A stretch of 64,000 nt of DNA from the NCBI GenBank assembly GCA_016930235.1, contig JAFGHI010000010.1:250-64249 (forward strand), written 5' to 3'. Both the position numbers and the translations under genes were made by a program. Source of the DNA: Candidatus Omnitrophota bacterium (GTDB taxonomy: Bacteria; Omnitrophota; Omnitrophia; Omnitrophales; Aquincolibacteriaceae). Positions 24,873 through 35,172 of the stretch are shown one piece after another (within the stretch, counting starts at the first letter, position 1; each line of letters starts with the position of its first letter). Below the pieces are notes generated by a model. That model had not been told where the DNA came from, did no database searches, and saw only the letters and a list, made by a program, of their open reading frames with translations.

Positions 24873-24972
24873 AATAAAACCTCCCTCGATAATTAAAATG
24901 AGTCCAAGTCTAATAATAATAACGACTTGAGGTTGGTATCTCTTGAGCTCTCAGAAGAAAAAAATTGAAGCC

Positions 24973-26001
24973 TTAAAGAAGGTCGGAACTGGAGAGTGTC
25001 TTAAATCGATTACCCTCGTCAAAGTAGGTTAGAAACCAATGAGTTTCGGGAAATTGCCGCGCCATGTCCGGAGCGTCATTAGGCCCCAAAACAAAAAGGG
25101 TTGTTGAGAGAAAATCGGCGAGGACGGCTGAAGGCGCAATCACGGAAACGGCGATAGAATCACGGGCCGGGTAACCCGTCCTGGGATCAAGGATATGGGC
25201 ATAGCGTATTCCGTCCCGAACAAAAAAATTTTCATAATCCCCGCTGGTTGACACAGCTTGATGGTCTAGCGAGACAACTTTCCACGTTCGTGAAGGATCA
25301 CGGGGATGTCTTAATCCGACACGCCATAAGCGGCCCTGAGGAGACTTCCCAAACGCAAAAACTGTACCGCCAATATTAACAAGAGCACTCATGATGCCTT
25401 CCCTTTTCAAAACCGAAACAATATCATCACAGACAAAACCTTTACCAATAGCTCCCAAATCAATACCCATACCGGGGCGGAGGAATTGGATCTCAGAACG
25501 ATCCTCGTCTGTCAAAATGCCGTCGCTTCCTACCTGTTTCATCACGCTTTCAATTGCCGCTACACTCGGGATATTTAACTCATCATCAAAAAATCCCCAC
25601 AATTTCATTAAGGGATAAACCGTCACGTCAAAAGCCCCCTGAGAAAGATTGTGAAAATCTTTTGCGGTCTGGACAATGTGAAACGTTTCCCGAGAGACCT
25701 GCTGGACCGATTCATATCCTGTTTGGTTCAAACGGTAAATTTCTCCCGGTGCCTCAAAGTAATTCAATTTATTTTCCAGTTCCCGAAGCCTTTGAAAAGC
25801 AACCTCAAGGGCTTGGTCTCGCTGGCTCGGCGTTCCTCCGGCGACAATAATTTCGACAAAGGTGCCCATCATAAGACCCTGACGTTTTGAAAAAGTCATC
25901 TGACCGCAACCTGTCAGGAAGACCGCGATGGAAAGAAACAAACAAACTTCTTTCCATGAAAAGAAAAACCACCTGTAGGCAGGACAAATCCGTATGTGCA
26001 T
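24973..26001 (-). CDS. apbE: FAD:protein FMN transferase
   Basis: MGT, GAFDVT, DLGAIGKG, STSGDYE, HILDPRTG. Confidence 0.93.
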   Translation of the reverse strand: MHIRICPAYRWFFFSWKEVCLFLSIAVFLTGCGQMTFSKRQGLMMGTFVEIIVAGGTPSQRDQALEVAFQRLRELENKLNYFEAPGEIYRLNQTGYESVQQVSRETFHIVQTAKDFHNLSQGAFDVTVYPLMKLWGFFDDELNIPSVAAIESVMKQVGSDGILTDEDRSEIQFLRPGMGIDLGAIGKGFVCDDIVSVLKREGIMSALVNIGGTVFAFGKSPQGRLWRVGLRHPRDPSRTWKVVSLDHQAVSTSGDYENFFVRDGIRYAHILDPRTGYPARDSIAVSVIAPSAVLADFLSTTLFVLGPNDAPDMARQFPETHWFLTYFDEGNRFKTLSSSDLL

Positions 26002-26026
26002 TTTGAGGCTGAGAAAATCCTCTCTC

Positions 26027-26968
26027 TCAAATCATGACCAGTTGTTCGATAGGAACAATTCCTACAACATCTCCCCAGGATTCCGTAGCCACAGCATAAG
26101 ACTGCCTTTTTTCCTGAAGCGTTAAAAAGGCTTTTTCGACTGAAGTTTGCTTGGGAACAAAAATGGGTGAGCGTAAATAATCTTTTAGATTTTGGTCATC
26201 CTTTTCTTCAAAGAGGAGGTCAAAAACATAAACCATGCCCACCACCAAGGAAGGAATCTCTTCGTAAACAAGAACCATCCGAGCTTTATTCTGGCGCACA
26301 AGGTTTTTGACATCCCCGACCGTGGCGCGTATGTCCACCTTGGGCACTTGCTCAAGCGGTGTCATGACCGACTCAACGCGGATCCGCTCAAAATCCAGAA
26401 TGGTATTAATGATTTGCTGCTCATGTAAATTCAATACCCCCGTTTTCGCTCCTTCTTCAATTAAACCGCGAAACTCTTCTTCTGAAACGAAAATGCTTTT
26501 CCCCGTTGCTTTTGGATAAATACCCACCAAAAAACGGACACCGCGAAGCACAACCCATACCGGAATCCGTAACAAACGCAAGAAGAAAGACAGCCCCCAA
26601 CTCCATTGAAGCAAAAATTGATGACTTTGGATCCTGCAGTAATCCTTCGGAACAACTTCACCGAAGATGATGATGATCGGAGCCATTACAAGGGTCACCA
26701 GCCACTCGTTATTAACATGGAAGTAGAGGTGAAGCACATAAGTCAGAACAGCCGTTGCGGTCACATTCACAACATTGTTCCCAATTAAAATTGTAGTTAA
26801 CAATTCATCTGTTTTCCGATAGAGCTTCATCACCTTTTGAGCCGCAACACTTCCGGAATCAGCCAATTCTCTCATTTTAACTTTATTTGAGGACACAAAG
26901 GCCATCTCCGAACCGGAAAAAAAGGCCGAAAGGACTAAACACAAAATTAAAATCAAAACATATGTCAT
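26027..26968 (-). CDS. CNNM (DUF21)-CBS domain protein
   Basis: SAFFSGSEMA, LIGNN, GEVVPK, CBS pair. Confidence 0.9.
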   Translation of the reverse strand: MTYVLILILCLVLSAFFSGSEMAFVSSNKVKMRELADSGSVAAQKVMKLYRKTDELLTTILIGNNVVNVTATAVLTYVLHLYFHVNNEWLVTLVMAPIIIIFGEVVPKDYCRIQSHQFLLQWSWGLSFFLRLLRIPVWVVLRGVRFLVGIYPKATGKSIFVSEEEFRGLIEEGAKTGVLNLHEQQIINTILDFERIRVESVMTPLEQVPKVDIRATVGDVKNLVRQNKARMVLVYEEIPSLVVGMVYVFDLLFEEKDDQNLKDYLRSPIFVPKQTSVEKAFLTLQEKRQSYAVATESWGDVVGIVPIEQLVMI

Positions 26969-28203
26969 TTGTTCCTCTTTTTGACGATTACACTTCGAAT
27001 ACGACGTTGCCGGATCACATCATGAATGCGAAATTCAAATTCTCGCGTGTCAAAAACCTTGCCCTTTTTCGGAACTTCTCCTAACAGCTCTAAAATGTAT
27101 CCTCCGAGCGTACTTGCTTCATCCGCTACAAGATCAGAATTAAAATATTCATTAAAGTCCGCCAGAGGAACTTTGGCTTCGACAAAATATTCTTGGTGGC
27201 CAAAAGGCCTTATAGGTCTTTCCACAACCGCATACTCGTCATAAAACTCCCCGAAGATTTCCTCGAGGATATCCTCCAAAGTCACAATACCTGCCGTTCC
27301 ACCATATTCGTCAACACAAACCGCGAAATTATGTGTTTTCCTTCGGAACTCCGCAAGCAGGTCATCAATTCGTTTAGCCTCAGGGACATAAAGCGGCTCG
27401 ATCACCATCGATTTTAAATCCTGAGCCGGATTCAACATAAATTCTTGCACGGATGTTACGCCAACAATATTGTCGATCGATTCCTGATAAACGGGAAAAT
27501 AACTAAAATGATGGCGCCGGATGATATCTTCGTGTTTCTCCCTGGGGTCGTCCAAATCCAAAGCGGCCAAATCAATGCGGGGCGTCATGATATCTTTAAC
27601 CTGCCGCTCACCCAAATCCATGAGTTTTTGGATCATGTAACGCTCTTGACGGTCAAGGACACCTTCTTCTTCACCTATTTTGACCAACGTTTTGAGTTCA
27701 TCTTCAGAAATCTGATCGGAAGACAACTCTTTACGGATCGGGATCAGGAGTTTGACAATGCGGTTACTGATGGAACGCACGAGCCAACGAAACGGAAAGA
27801 AAATAACGGCAAAAACTCTCAACGGGAAAGAAACGATAAAAGCCACCAACTCATTAAAACGCACCGCCAAAATCTTGGGTATGATTTCTCCAACCACAAT
27901 CAAGATAACCGTAAAAATAAAAAGTGCCGGCCCCGTTCCCTTACCTCCCCACACTTCCATAGCTACCAAGGTGACAATCGCAGTCGCTAAAACGTGAACG
28001 AATAGATTTCCAATAATAATGGTATTAAGGGTTCGCCTCGGATTGCTGAGATGATCCTGGATCCAACCGATCATCCGCTGGTGTTTTTCTCCTAACCGGT
28101 TCTTTTCAATCTTCGTCAGAGAAAAGATAGCCGTCTCGGCTGCCGCAAAAAATCCGGCGAATAGCAGCAAAACCACGAGGATCAAACCATGAGCTAAAAG
28201 CAT
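26965..28203 (-). CDS. Hemolysin-family CNNM-CBS-CorC protein
   Basis: FFAAAETA, GEIIPK, MTPR, VDEYGG, LEDILEEIFGE. Confidence 0.92.
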   Translation of the reverse strand: MLLAHGLILVVLLLFAGFFAAAETAIFSLTKIEKNRLGEKHQRMIGWIQDHLSNPRRTLNTIIIGNLFVHVLATAIVTLVAMEVWGGKGTGPALFIFTVILIVVGEIIPKILAVRFNELVAFIVSFPLRVFAVIFFPFRWLVRSISNRIVKLLIPIRKELSSDQISEDELKTLVKIGEEEGVLDRQERYMIQKLMDLGERQVKDIMTPRIDLAALDLDDPREKHEDIIRRHHFSYFPVYQESIDNIVGVTSVQEFMLNPAQDLKSMVIEPLYVPEAKRIDDLLAEFRRKTHNFAVCVDEYGGTAGIVTLEDILEEIFGEFYDEYAVVERPIRPFGHQEYFVEAKVPLADFNEYFNSDLVADEASTLGGYILELLGEVPKKGKVFDTREFEFRIHDVIRQRRIRSVIVKKRNK

Positions 28204-28784
28204 TAATCTCCCTCGTAAAGTTTCATCTCATGAATATACTGTTCAACTTTTTTGGGCAAGAAAGCGTTGACTTCGGAATTCCCCGAGCTAATTCCTGAAC
28301 GTATCACTGAAGAAGATATCGGTACAATCGGCATCTTAATCCAGTTCACTTTTTCTGTAAAAGGCGCTTCACTTTGCGCTCCCTCACGCGGAGCCACAAT
28401 AAAGCCGGCCAATTCGCGAATGCGGGCAATCCCTTTCCATTGAAGGAGACCGTTAAAGCTGTCTCCTCCCAAAATGAGATAAAGCTGGGTTCCAGGAAAT
28501 TTTGACTGGAGGATTTCTAGAGTATCAACCGTATAAGAAACGTCGGGACGCTTAAATTCTTCGTCACAAATTTCGAAATCAGTTTCATTCTCCAAAGCAA
28601 GCTCAACCATCCGGTAGCGGTAAGGGGCCGGGGTCAAATGCGGAAAAACTGATTTCGTCGGAGGAATGAAAGATGGAACAAAAAAAACGCGGTCGAGACC
28701 AAACTCCTTTTTCGCTTCACGCGCTAATGCCAAATGCCCTTTATGGATCGGATCAAATGTGCCTCCCAAAATGCCAATTTTCAT
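28203..28784 (-). CDS. nadD: Nicotinate-nucleotide adenylyltransferase
   Basis: GGTFDPIHKGH, SYTVDT, ISSSVIR. Confidence 0.96.
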   Translation of the reverse strand: MKIGILGGTFDPIHKGHLALAREAKKEFGLDRVFFVPSFIPPTKSVFPHLTPAPYRYRMVELALENETDFEICDEEFKRPDVSYTVDTLEILQSKFPGTQLYLILGGDSFNGLLQWKGIARIRELAGFIVAPREGAQSEAPFTEKVNWIKMPIVPISSSVIRSGISSGNSEVNAFLPKKVEQYIHEMKLYEGD

Positions 28785-28799
28785 TTTGTCATCTCAAAA

Positions 28800-30068
28800 T
28801 TATGTCCGAACCTGCCCATTGCCCTCCACCACATACTTATAGGAGGTTAATCCCTCAAGCCCCATAGGACCTCGAGCGTGAATTTTATCCGTTGAGATAC
28901 CGATCTCGGCCCCAAATCCATACTGAAACCCATCCGAAAATCTTGTCGATGCATTGACCATGACAGAAGAGGAATCAACCCGGTCTCGAAAGATCTTAGC
29001 GGCCTTGGAGTCTTGAGTCACAATGGCATCGGTATGACCCGAACCGTACTTCTGAATATGCGCCATCGCTTCGTCAATATCGGAAACCACTCGAACAGCC
29101 AAAACCTTATCCAAAAATTCGCAACCGTAGTCCTCCGGCGTTGCCTTTTGGGCCCAAGGCAGGATCTTCTTAACCGCGGCGTCTCCTCTAACTTCACAAC
29201 CGCCCTCTCGAAGTTTTCGTCCAAGTTCGGGTAAGAAGCGACTGGCAATCTTCCGGTGAACCAAAAGGGTTTCCATCGCATTGCAGACGCCCGGCCTTTG
29301 CATTTTGGCGTTAAAAGCGATATTCACAGCCTTCTTTGAATCAGCCTTTTGATCCACATAAACATGACAAATCCCCTGGTAATGTTTCACCACGGGAATC
29401 CTTGAGGTTTCGGCAACTTTACGGATGAGCTGTTCCCCTCCGCGAGGAATCACAAGTTGAATTTCTTTATCCTGATGAAGAAGAAAATCAACAGCCTGCC
29501 GGTCCGTTGTTTGAACAAAACCAATACAGGATCCGGTCAACCGGTATCTTCTAAGAACCTCATCAAAAATAGAAACAAGGACACGATTCGAGTAAAAAGC
29601 CTCCCGGCCGCCCCGTAAAATCACGGCATTTCCGCTCTTCAAGCACAAGGAAGCACACTCGGCTGTAACGTTCGGCCTTGATTCGAAAATAATCAAAATA
29701 ACCCCAATAGGAACTGTAACGCGGGAAATCACTAAACCGTTGGGCCGCTTCCACCGTTTCACCACACGCCCAATAGGATCCGGAAGTGAGGCAACCGCGC
29801 GAACTCCTTCAGCCATTTCCCGAATTCGTTTCGGCGTTAAAGTCAAACGATCCAGCATCGCACTGCTCAGGCCTTCTTGTTTGGCTGTCCTAAGATCGCG
29901 CTGATTCTCACGAATAATTTTCTTTTCGGAGCAAATCAGTTGTCTTGAAACATCCTGTAGAATTTTTTTCTTCTGTTGAGACGTCAACCTGGCTGTTAAA
30001 AAAGATGCGCAACGGACTTGCCCTAGGGTTTTCTTAAGCTGTTTTTTCCATCTATAACTCTTTGCCAT
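28800..30068 (-). CDS. proA: Gamma-glutamyl phosphate reductase
   Basis: ESRPNVT, PRGG, CNAMET, NASTRF, IGIST, HARGP. Confidence 0.97.
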   Translation of the reverse strand: MAKSYRWKKQLKKTLGQVRCASFLTARLTSQQKKKILQDVSRQLICSEKKIIRENQRDLRTAKQEGLSSAMLDRLTLTPKRIREMAEGVRAVASLPDPIGRVVKRWKRPNGLVISRVTVPIGVILIIFESRPNVTAECASLCLKSGNAVILRGGREAFYSNRVLVSIFDEVLRRYRLTGSCIGFVQTTDRQAVDFLLHQDKEIQLVIPRGGEQLIRKVAETSRIPVVKHYQGICHVYVDQKADSKKAVNIAFNAKMQRPGVCNAMETLLVHRKIASRFLPELGRKLREGGCEVRGDAAVKKILPWAQKATPEDYGCEFLDKVLAVRVVSDIDEAMAHIQKYGSGHTDAIVTQDSKAAKIFRDRVDSSSVMVNASTRFSDGFQYGFGAEIGISTDKIHARGPMGLEGLTSYKYVVEGNGQVRT

Positions 30069-30095
30069 CTCAAGTAATTCTCCTCATTCCAAGGT

Positions 30096-31208
30096 TTATT
30101 CCCAAAAAACCAAATCATTCCTTTGGATCACTTCGTCCTGATATTTATAGCCCAGGATTTCTTCAATTTCACTAGTTTTGCGCCCCAAAATACGTTTTAA
30201 TTCCTGGCTTGAATAACGAACAACTCCCCGGCCAAATACTTCACCGCTTGGGCTTCTCAATTCCACCACTTGTCCCTTTTCAAATTCCCCCTCAAGCTGA
30301 ACAATTCCTTTTGGAAGAAGGCTTTTTTTCTTTACACGCAATGCTTCGCAGGCACCGGCATCTAAAATTAAAGCCCCTTTTCGAGCCGCCGAGAACGCAA
30401 TCCATTTTCGCCGGGCATTTTTCTTTTCGCGCTGCTCCACAAACAAGGTTCCGACATCCTCGCCTTCAAAAATCTTGCGGATGCCTTTTTCATCATGGCC
30501 ATTGACCATCACAAGAGGAACACCCAATCTCATCGCGACACGAGCCGCCTCCAGCTTGGCCTTCATCCCCCCAACAGTTCTTTCTTTGCGAGTATCTTTT
30601 AAATGACGGACGAGTTCACTATCAATTTCCGATTCCGAAGATACCTGACGGATCCTGGAACCGTCCTGAAGATAAAAGCCATCGACATCCGAAAGCATAA
30701 TAAGAAGATCGGCATGAATAAGGTGCGCCACATGAACGGATAAAATATCATTATCCCCAAAAGCAATTTCTTCGGTCGCCACCGTATCATTCTCATTAAC
30801 AATGGGGATTACTTTCATCTTGAAAAGTTCATCTAAGGTATGACGTGCCCCCAGAAAACGCTTTCGAATCTCCAAGCCATCTCGCGTCAAAAGTAGTTGA
30901 GCCGCATGAAGTCCCCGGCCAGAAAAGTAACGTTCGTAGGCATGCATCAATCCACCCTGACCGATCGCGGCACAAGCCTGCAATCGCGGCATATTCCTGG
31001 GTCTTTTTTTGATCCCAGTCATCTGCATCCCGAAGGCAATGGCGCCTGAGCTGACTAAAACCACTTGTTTTTTCGCGTCAACTAGATCCACAATTTGACG
31101 GCACAAATTGGAAAAATGGTCTTCTTGGATCCATCCGTCGCGCCCGGTTAGAATACTCGTCCCGGCTTTAATGACAATGCGCTGACTTGACCTTATGGCT
31201 TCCCGCAT
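30096..31208 (-). CDS. proB: Glutamate 5-kinase with PUA domain
   Basis: VSSGA, NENDTV, FGDND, GGMKAK. Confidence 0.97.
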   Translation of the reverse strand: MREAIRSSQRIVIKAGTSILTGRDGWIQEDHFSNLCRQIVDLVDAKKQVVLVSSGAIAFGMQMTGIKKRPRNMPRLQACAAIGQGGLMHAYERYFSGRGLHAAQLLLTRDGLEIRKRFLGARHTLDELFKMKVIPIVNENDTVATEEIAFGDNDILSVHVAHLIHADLLIMLSDVDGFYLQDGSRIRQVSSESEIDSELVRHLKDTRKERTVGGMKAKLEAARVAMRLGVPLVMVNGHDEKGIRKIFEGEDVGTLFVEQREKKNARRKWIAFSAARKGALILDAGACEALRVKKKSLLPKGIVQLEGEFEKGQVVELRSPSGEVFGRGVVRYSSQELKRILGRKTSEIEEILGYKYQDEVIQRNDLVFWE

Positions 31209-31272
31209 AAAGGGCCTCCTGTTTAAAGCCGTCGTCCTGAAAGAAGTAATTCTAACGTATTTCCAGGTATTT

Positions 31273-32241
31273 TTATCCGCTTTTTTTTTGGCGAATATAA
31301 CTCAAGTGTTCCTTAAAAAGCTCCATCCCCTCACCCGTTTTCGTAGAAAGACAGATGACAGGAACGCCTGGATCAAACTTTTCACCGTCAATTCTTTCCC
31401 TCGCCCCTTCTTCGTCGACCTTATTGATAATAACGCTATAGGAAATCCCCGCAAAAGAAGCCTGATAGCGGGCAACTTCTTCCTTCAAAATATCGAGCCC
31501 TTCCTGAATGGACCCCGCAAATTGAGAAAAGGGATTTAAAACATAAAGGATATAAGGTGCCTTTTCCAGGTGCTTCAGATAATCCACGCCCAAACCCCGC
31601 CCCTCATGAGAACTTCGGTAAAGAGAGGGCAACTCACACAATGTCATATGCTGGTATTCCGACAATTCATAAACACCAATCACGGGGGCCTTGGTCGCAA
31701 AGGGATAGGACTCTTCTTTGGTTTGCACCCTAGTCAGTACATTGAGAATCGATGATTTCCCTGAATTCGGCAAACCGATCAAAAAAACATCTGCAAGAAT
31801 TCGAATGCTCAGCTCAATATCCAAAACAACCCCTTTTTGACCCGGAGTCGCTTCTTTGTCGCCTTGATTTCCAGATCCTCCGCGCCCACCTTGACAGACA
31901 ACAACCTCTTCTCCGTCCTGCGCCAGTTCACGGATAAGAAAATTCCTTTCTCTATCACGAATGCGCGTTCCAACAGGAACAAGGATTTTAAGATCCTCTC
32001 CATTCTTACCCCGTTTTCGATTACTGCCACCGTTTGCACCAGACTCAGCGATAAGATGTTGTTTGTACTTCAATCCGTCTAAAGATGTCGCATTATGGCT
32101 CGCAGAGAAAATAACACTGCCTCCACGCCCACCGTCACCGCCATTAGGAATCTTTTTTCTATCCTTGCGAACAAAAAAACTGGCACACCCATTGCCGCCG
32201 GAACCGGCTTGAACCACTAAATGGATTTGATCGATAATCAT
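31273..32241 (-). CDS. obgE: Obg-family GTPase with atypical G3
   Basis: Gly-rich Obg fold, GLPNSGKS, YPFAT, NKVD; lies downstream of rpmA. Confidence 0.85.
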   Translation of the reverse strand: MIIDQIHLVVQAGSGGNGCASFFVRKDRKKIPNGGDGGRGGSVIFSASHNATSLDGLKYKQHLIAESGANGGSNRKRGKNGEDLKILVPVGTRIRDRERNFLIRELAQDGEEVVVCQGGRGGSGNQGDKEATPGQKGVVLDIELSIRILADVFLIGLPNSGKSSILNVLTRVQTKEESYPFATKAPVIGVYELSEYQHMTLCELPSLYRSSHEGRGLGVDYLKHLEKAPYILYVLNPFSQFAGSIQEGLDILKEEVARYQASFAGISYSVIINKVDEEGARERIDGEKFDPGVPVICLSTKTGEGMELFKEHLSYIRQKKSG

Positions 32242-32273
32242 TTCATCCTCATTTCAGCAAACCCCAAGAAAAC

Positions 32274-32310
32274 AAAAAGGGTCTGGCTTTTTAAAAAGTC
32301 AGACCCTTTT
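32274..32310. terminator. Hairpin terminator after rpmA
   Basis: AAAAGGGTCTGGCTTTT / AAAAGTCAGACCCTTTT inverted repeat with A/T tails. Confidence 0.75.
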
Positions 32311-32325
32311 CTTATTGAAATCAAT

Positions 32326-32571
32326 TTATTTATTTTCAACGATATGAACGCTACGATTTGGTCTAAACTCCACAATACCATCTCGTTTCGCAAAGAGAGT
32401 AAAATCGTTGCCGCGCCCTACGAAGGCCCCGGGACGAAACTGGTTCCCTCTTTGCCGGACAATAATACTTCCCGCACGAACAAACTGTCCTCCATAGGCC
32501 TTGACCCCCAACCGTTTTGAATTGGAGTCACGCCCGTTTGTCGTACTGCCTTGTGACTTTGTATGTGCCAT
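32326..32571 (-). CDS. rpmA: 50S ribosomal protein L27
   Basis: [16 protein letters not shown]...RLGVK...RQRG. Confidence 0.98.
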   Translation of the reverse strand: MAHTKSQGSTTNGRDSNSKRLGVKAYGGQFVRAGSIIVRQRGNQFRPGAFVGRGNDFTLFAKRDGIVEFRPNRSVHIVENK

Positions 32572-32595
32572 GACTTTCCTTTCGTCCCCTCTAAA

Positions 32596-32916
32596 CTATC
32601 CCTTAATTTCCTTAACACGTAAACGTGATAATTCCTGGCGATGTCCCTTTTTGCGCCGAGAATCTTTTCGGCGCTTAAATTTAAAGTGAATGACCTTAGG
32701 GCCACGGAAATGTCCTAGAAACTGACAGACCACCTTGGCCCCCTTTACATACGGTGTCCCGATATGCAGTTTGTTTTCATCTCTTACGAGAAGGACGTTC
32801 TCAAGATGAATTTCTTTCTTATCTTCGGGGACTTCAAGCTTTTCAACTTCGAGCACAGAATTGGGCTCGATATAGTACTGCTTAGAACCCGTCTCAATTA
32901 TGGCATATTTTGACAT
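32596..32916 (-). CDS. rplU: 50S ribosomal protein L21
   Basis: YAIIETGSKQY, IGTPYV, GHRQ. Confidence 0.97.
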   Translation of the reverse strand: MSKYAIIETGSKQYYIEPNSVLEVEKLEVPEDKKEIHLENVLLVRDENKLHIGTPYVKGAKVVCQFLGHFRGPKVIHFKFKRRKDSRRKKGHRQELSRLRVKEIKG

Positions 32917-32946
32917 TTGATATCTCCTAACCCAAAGGGAGGCCAT

Positions 32947-32975
32947 ATTTTACGGAGTTGCCCCCCCTATGTCAA
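32947..32975 (-). promoter_or_regulatory. Sigma70 promoter of rplU
   Basis: TTGACA-17 nt-TAAAAT. Confidence 0.75.
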
Positions 32976-33077
32976 CGTCTTTTGTCAATATCGATATCTT
33001 GTTTCTAAACAACAAGTTATGTCATCTCACCCGGATTTTTCTTATGATTTGATCCACCGAAGTCCTCTTTTAGAAGT

Positions 33078-33908
33078 TTATAGGACTCGGTCTTCGTTAA
33101 CGGGCAGGGATTGGCGGACACGCATTTGGGAAGAGAAATCCAACTCATCGACGATGATCCCCTCTTGCCGATCATCTCCACGAGCCAAAATCCTCCCCCA
33201 AGGATCCACAATAAGGCTATTTCCGTAGCTTCGTAGCTTCGTCGATGGATTCCGTCCCACCTGAGCGGGCGCAATGACAAAAACCTGGTTCTCAATAGCC
33301 CTCGCTCTCAACAAAATCTCCCAGTGGTCCTTTCCTGTCTCATAGGTGAAATTGGCAGGGACAAAAACAACCTTGCAACCTCTCAACTGAAACTCACGAT
33401 AAAGTTCCGGAAACCGAAGATCGTAGCAAATGCTCAACCCCATTTTGACCCCCTGAAGATTCACGGTCACAACACGATTGCCCGGAACAATGTACTTGGA
33501 TTCGTCGGTAATCATGCTGCCTAAACGGATCCGAAACAAATGTATTTTTCGATAGCAGGCAAGGATCTTCCCTGTTTCCGATAATAGGACGGAAGTATTA
33601 TAAAATCGTCTTTTGTCCTTCGAACACTCAAGCACACTACCCAGTAGAATGGATAATCGCAATTCCCGAGCAATTTGTCCGAAATCCTGGATCATTTTAG
33701 GTGTGATTTCTCTGGCAATCATCGAATCTTGCTGATGAGCACCTCGATAAATGAAAGCCTCCGGTAAAGCAGCCAAATGAACTCTCTGACGGGCGGCTTT
33801 TTTAAGCAGACCATAAACCGCAATAAAATTCTTTCTCCAATCGTCTCCGGCATTAACCTGGAGACAAGCCACTTTCATTTTTTTAATCATGATGGATACC
33901 CGGTCCAA
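33078..33908 (-). CDS. Carbon-nitrogen hydrolase (Nit1-like)
   Basis: LPE, YRKIHLF, ICYDLRFPE, RARAIENQ, VDPWG. Confidence 0.93.
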   Translation of the reverse strand: MDRVSIMIKKMKVACLQVNAGDDWRKNFIAVYGLLKKAARQRVHLAALPEAFIYRGAHQQDSMIAREITPKMIQDFGQIARELRLSILLGSVLECSKDKRRFYNTSVLLSETGKILACYRKIHLFRIRLGSMITDESKYIVPGNRVVTVNLQGVKMGLSICYDLRFPELYREFQLRGCKVVFVPANFTYETGKDHWEILLRARAIENQVFVIAPAQVGRNPSTKLRSYGNSLIVDPWGRILARGDDRQEGIIVDELDFSSQMRVRQSLPVNEDRVL

Positions 33909-33937
33909 TTGAGAAAGGAAATTCCGTCACCCATTAT

Positions 33938-34777
33938 TTATTCTTTGACCCAAAGATTTAAATCCCAGTCAAAGGGTAAGTATTTCAGCTTATATTTATC
34001 TTCTTCTAAAAATTGAATTTTTTCAGCATCGTCCAAATAATGAGCAAGAAAGGAAAGGACAGCAAATTCATCTTCGGTTAAATTTAAATCATTTTGAGCC
34101 ATCCCGAAATCAAGCCGAAAATCCCGGCCGTACCATTTGAAAATTTTAGAAATCTCGATCTTCTTGCTCCCTGGAATAATCCGGTTCTTGATCGGATCAT
34201 TTACGAACTCCTTTGCCGCTAAATAGAGCTGGCCCTCAACTCGAGGCCCCGTAAAAGCCTCGCGGGGAAATTTAGGGCAACTTTTGGCTCCGCAAGACAA
34301 GGCCATATGGATCTTTTCATCGCGGAATCTTTCGAGCAACATCCCCATTTTTATTTCATCCAGACTATGGCGTTCTTCGCCAAGTTCCACCAGCGGAATT
34401 TTCCAAATACCGGGAATATCGTTGAGTGACTTAATGATGCCATGAATACGAACAGCTGTCACAATCCCTACATGATAGGCATTCAAGACAAGCGCCAACT
34501 CTTCTTCTCGCGGTCCCTGAACATGCAAGGCACCGAAGTCAATATTCTTAAGGACTTTCTGATATTCTTCCACGAGGGAAGGATCTAAAATCACTCCGCG
34601 ATAATCAACTTCCCCCTGTTCATTGACAAACTTCTTAAGAAAAGCATCCCAAGAAGAATGGTCAATGGGTTCATCGATCGCATAAAGAATGGTCGTATTC
34701 ACGAAAAGAAAACAACCTAAAAAAAGAATAGTGAAAAAGAAAAAAACGCGTGGTCGATTAACTCCCTGAAAGGTCAT
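33938..34777 (-). CDS. DUF547-like exported protein
   Basis: VDY, NAY, IHMALSCGAKSCP, SKIFKWYGRDF, DWDLN. Confidence 0.85.
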   Translation of the reverse strand: MTFQGVNRPRVFFFFTILFLGCFLFVNTTILYAIDEPIDHSSWDAFLKKFVNEQGEVDYRGVILDPSLVEEYQKVLKNIDFGALHVQGPREEELALVLNAYHVGIVTAVRIHGIIKSLNDIPGIWKIPLVELGEERHSLDEIKMGMLLERFRDEKIHMALSCGAKSCPKFPREAFTGPRVEGQLYLAAKEFVNDPIKNRIIPGSKKIEISKIFKWYGRDFRLDFGMAQNDLNLTEDEFAVLSFLAHYLDDAEKIQFLEEDKYKLKYLPFDWDLNLWVKE

Positions 34778-34832
34778 TTTTTGCCTCTTTACAAAACAAA
34801 TGATGTCGGAAAAGTCAAAATGATCGTTTACC

Positions 34833-35141
34833 CTAAAAACTCAATCCGTGACGTTTCAAAAACTCACGGTCTTCAGCATTTAAATGGAACTTCGAACTCT
34901 CCGGTTTTTCTTCGCGCGATATCAATTCGTCGTAAAATTCTTCGAATTCATCCATGTCTTCGGGGGCAAAGGGGAAGAAAGCAAAATAGAGGTTAAGGTG
35001 GATATTCCCTTCGGCATCTTTAAACGTCGAAGGGATTTGAGGATGTTTCCCCTGATTAGGCAAATTTTTGACCAGTTTCTTGAGAATACGAACCAATTGA
35101 TTCACATGATGCTCAAATTCTTTTTCATGATCTGAATTCAT
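34833..35141 (-). CDS. Small hypothetical protein
   Basis: 102-aa ORF with AGGAG RBS downstream of trxB. Confidence 0.65.
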   Translation of the reverse strand: MNSDHEKEFEHHVNQLVRILKKLVKNLPNQGKHPQIPSTFKDAEGNIHLNLYFAFFPFAPEDMDEFEEFYDELISREEKPESSKFHLNAEDREFLKRHGLSF

Positions 35142-35172
35142 ATCCCCAATCTCCTTTTTAAATGCGGATAGA

